Of a stretch of 45,886 nucleotides of DNA, positions 44,613-45,886 are shown piece by piece. How positions within the stretch are numbered: position 1 is the stretch's first letter; every line of letters begins with the position of its first letter. The position numbers and the translations under genes were made by a program. The stretch covers positions 21,991,317 through 22,037,202 of the forward strand of contig NC_069003.1 of the NCBI RefSeq assembly GCF_001194135.2, given 5' to 3'. The notes beneath the pieces are model-generated. The model had not been told where the DNA came from. It was given only the letters and a program-made list of their open reading frames with translations, and searched no databases. This DNA is from Octopus bimaculoides. Taxonomy: Eukaryota.

Positions 44613-45886
44613 AAAAATAAAGTATGTTTAAAAATGGTCAAAGACAGAGAGTCGTTACTAAAAACCATTCCTCCTACCTATGCTCACCTTGAAGTCAGTG
44701 TGTCGGTATTTGTAAAATAGGGATGTAGTGGAATCACCAAAATGTGGTGGAGTAATGTTGTATGTTTGTGTTATCGTGTCAGGGTGCGATAGGCATGTGT
44801 TTGCCTGTGAAATAACAAAGTGATAACTATGTTCAACTATAACACATTTTATTTGCTGCATTGAACTCTGGTGTTAGTAAATATTCTTCACCACTACATT
44901 AAATTTTGGCAACTTACTTCGAGTTGCTAGGAAAAATGGAACCAAGGTACATATGTTGAGTTGATGTATCCGAAGACTAAATATGTTCGTGCGTGTGTGT
45001 GTTTGTTCTTTCATCTTCGGTAGTTCTCTCTCTCATTAGCGTGGCACGGCAAATCTCTGTGTGATCGTCGCGGAGCACTGGGTCAGTCTGTGTCGAATCA
45101 CAGTCTCCGTCTCTCCCTCCTCCCTGCTAAATTCTCCAATTTATAAAAATCAGGGGCAGCTAGAAGGATGGACATGCTGCAGCAGGTTTAGTACCTAAGT
45201 AGGTCAGTCGCTGTCCAGTTGAACTTCGCTTGACATCTATGAGGTTATAAGGTCGAGGGGAGGCTATCCACCATTTTTTTGACAGGACAAAGTAAACCTG
45301 ATTTCGCGCCTGTTGCTCACAGTAAATCCGACGAGGGAGAATTCTTAGATTCGGATTCGAATCTGAGCTTGGAGAAGGGAAATGTTAGTTTTTACAGGGA
45401 CATTGCAGTAATTTACAAGGTTCATGGGACCAAAAGTCTCCTCGATGTTAACAACATATACTCGTACGTGTGTGTGTGTATACGCACTGATATCTGGGGC
45501 TATAGAAATTTTTCAAAACCTGAAGATTTATAGGATGATGGTTAAAACAACCTTGCTACCAAATAGGTAACCAGTCAAAATTTTGTCTAAATTAAAACGA
45601 GATAGAGGCATACATATCAAATTTGATATCATGCAGGAGGACTGTAAAATATAGCTACAAAAATTACGAATTCAATTCCTTAAATAGATGAGTTAACAGA
45701 AATAACTTAAGTAGGAATGAATTGACAAAGTTGAAGATGGCTAAAACGAATGTCTTGAACATTCACAAGATCAGAGTTTTTCTCTCATAACTTTTAGGAA
45801 AATGGGGTTTTTTCAATGAAATTTTATAGAAATACCTTTGAAACGGCATACATTATGATCATAAAGTAATTTGTGGGGAAAATCTT

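Noticed and set aside
41053-45886. ITFG2 first coding exon
   Set aside because: I read the minus strand for an M...GDVDND-like exon ending in a phase-0 donor and found none; it may be divergent or outside the window.

Overview
AT-rich, repeat-dense animal genomic DNA with six N-gaps. The SINE, RTE and Penelope repertoire and the (TA)n/(CA)n tracts suggest a cephalopod, probably Octopus (inference). Right half: ten spliced coding exons of ITFG2 (KICSTOR subunit) on the minus strand at 21914-41052; they join in frame to 387 aa plus stop, and the first coding exon was not found. Left half: a transposon-rich region. Main result: a ~2.3 kb endogenous parvovirus-like element (about 7842-10161) inserted in ORF1 of a Tx1/L1-clade LINE, inside a head-to-tail cluster of three 3'-truncated Tx1 copies. 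It has an uninterrupted PLA2-bearing capsid ORF UPSTREAM of an uninterrupted but helicase-less HUH-type NS1/Rep ORF on the same strand, the reverse of the standard parvovirus order. Each ORF has its own TATA-Inr promoter. An overprinted +1-frame ORF with a transmembrane helix lies over VP1u, and a 12-bp duplication marks the junctions. Also present: Penelope remnants (one with inverted terminal arms, one with a minimal hammerhead ribozyme core), an internally deleted Gypsy element with TSD, Chapaev-like, hAT, Merlin and mariner remnants, RTE fragments, SINEs, MITE hairpins and a minisatellite with an internal inversion. All family calls come from motif recognition; no database search was run.
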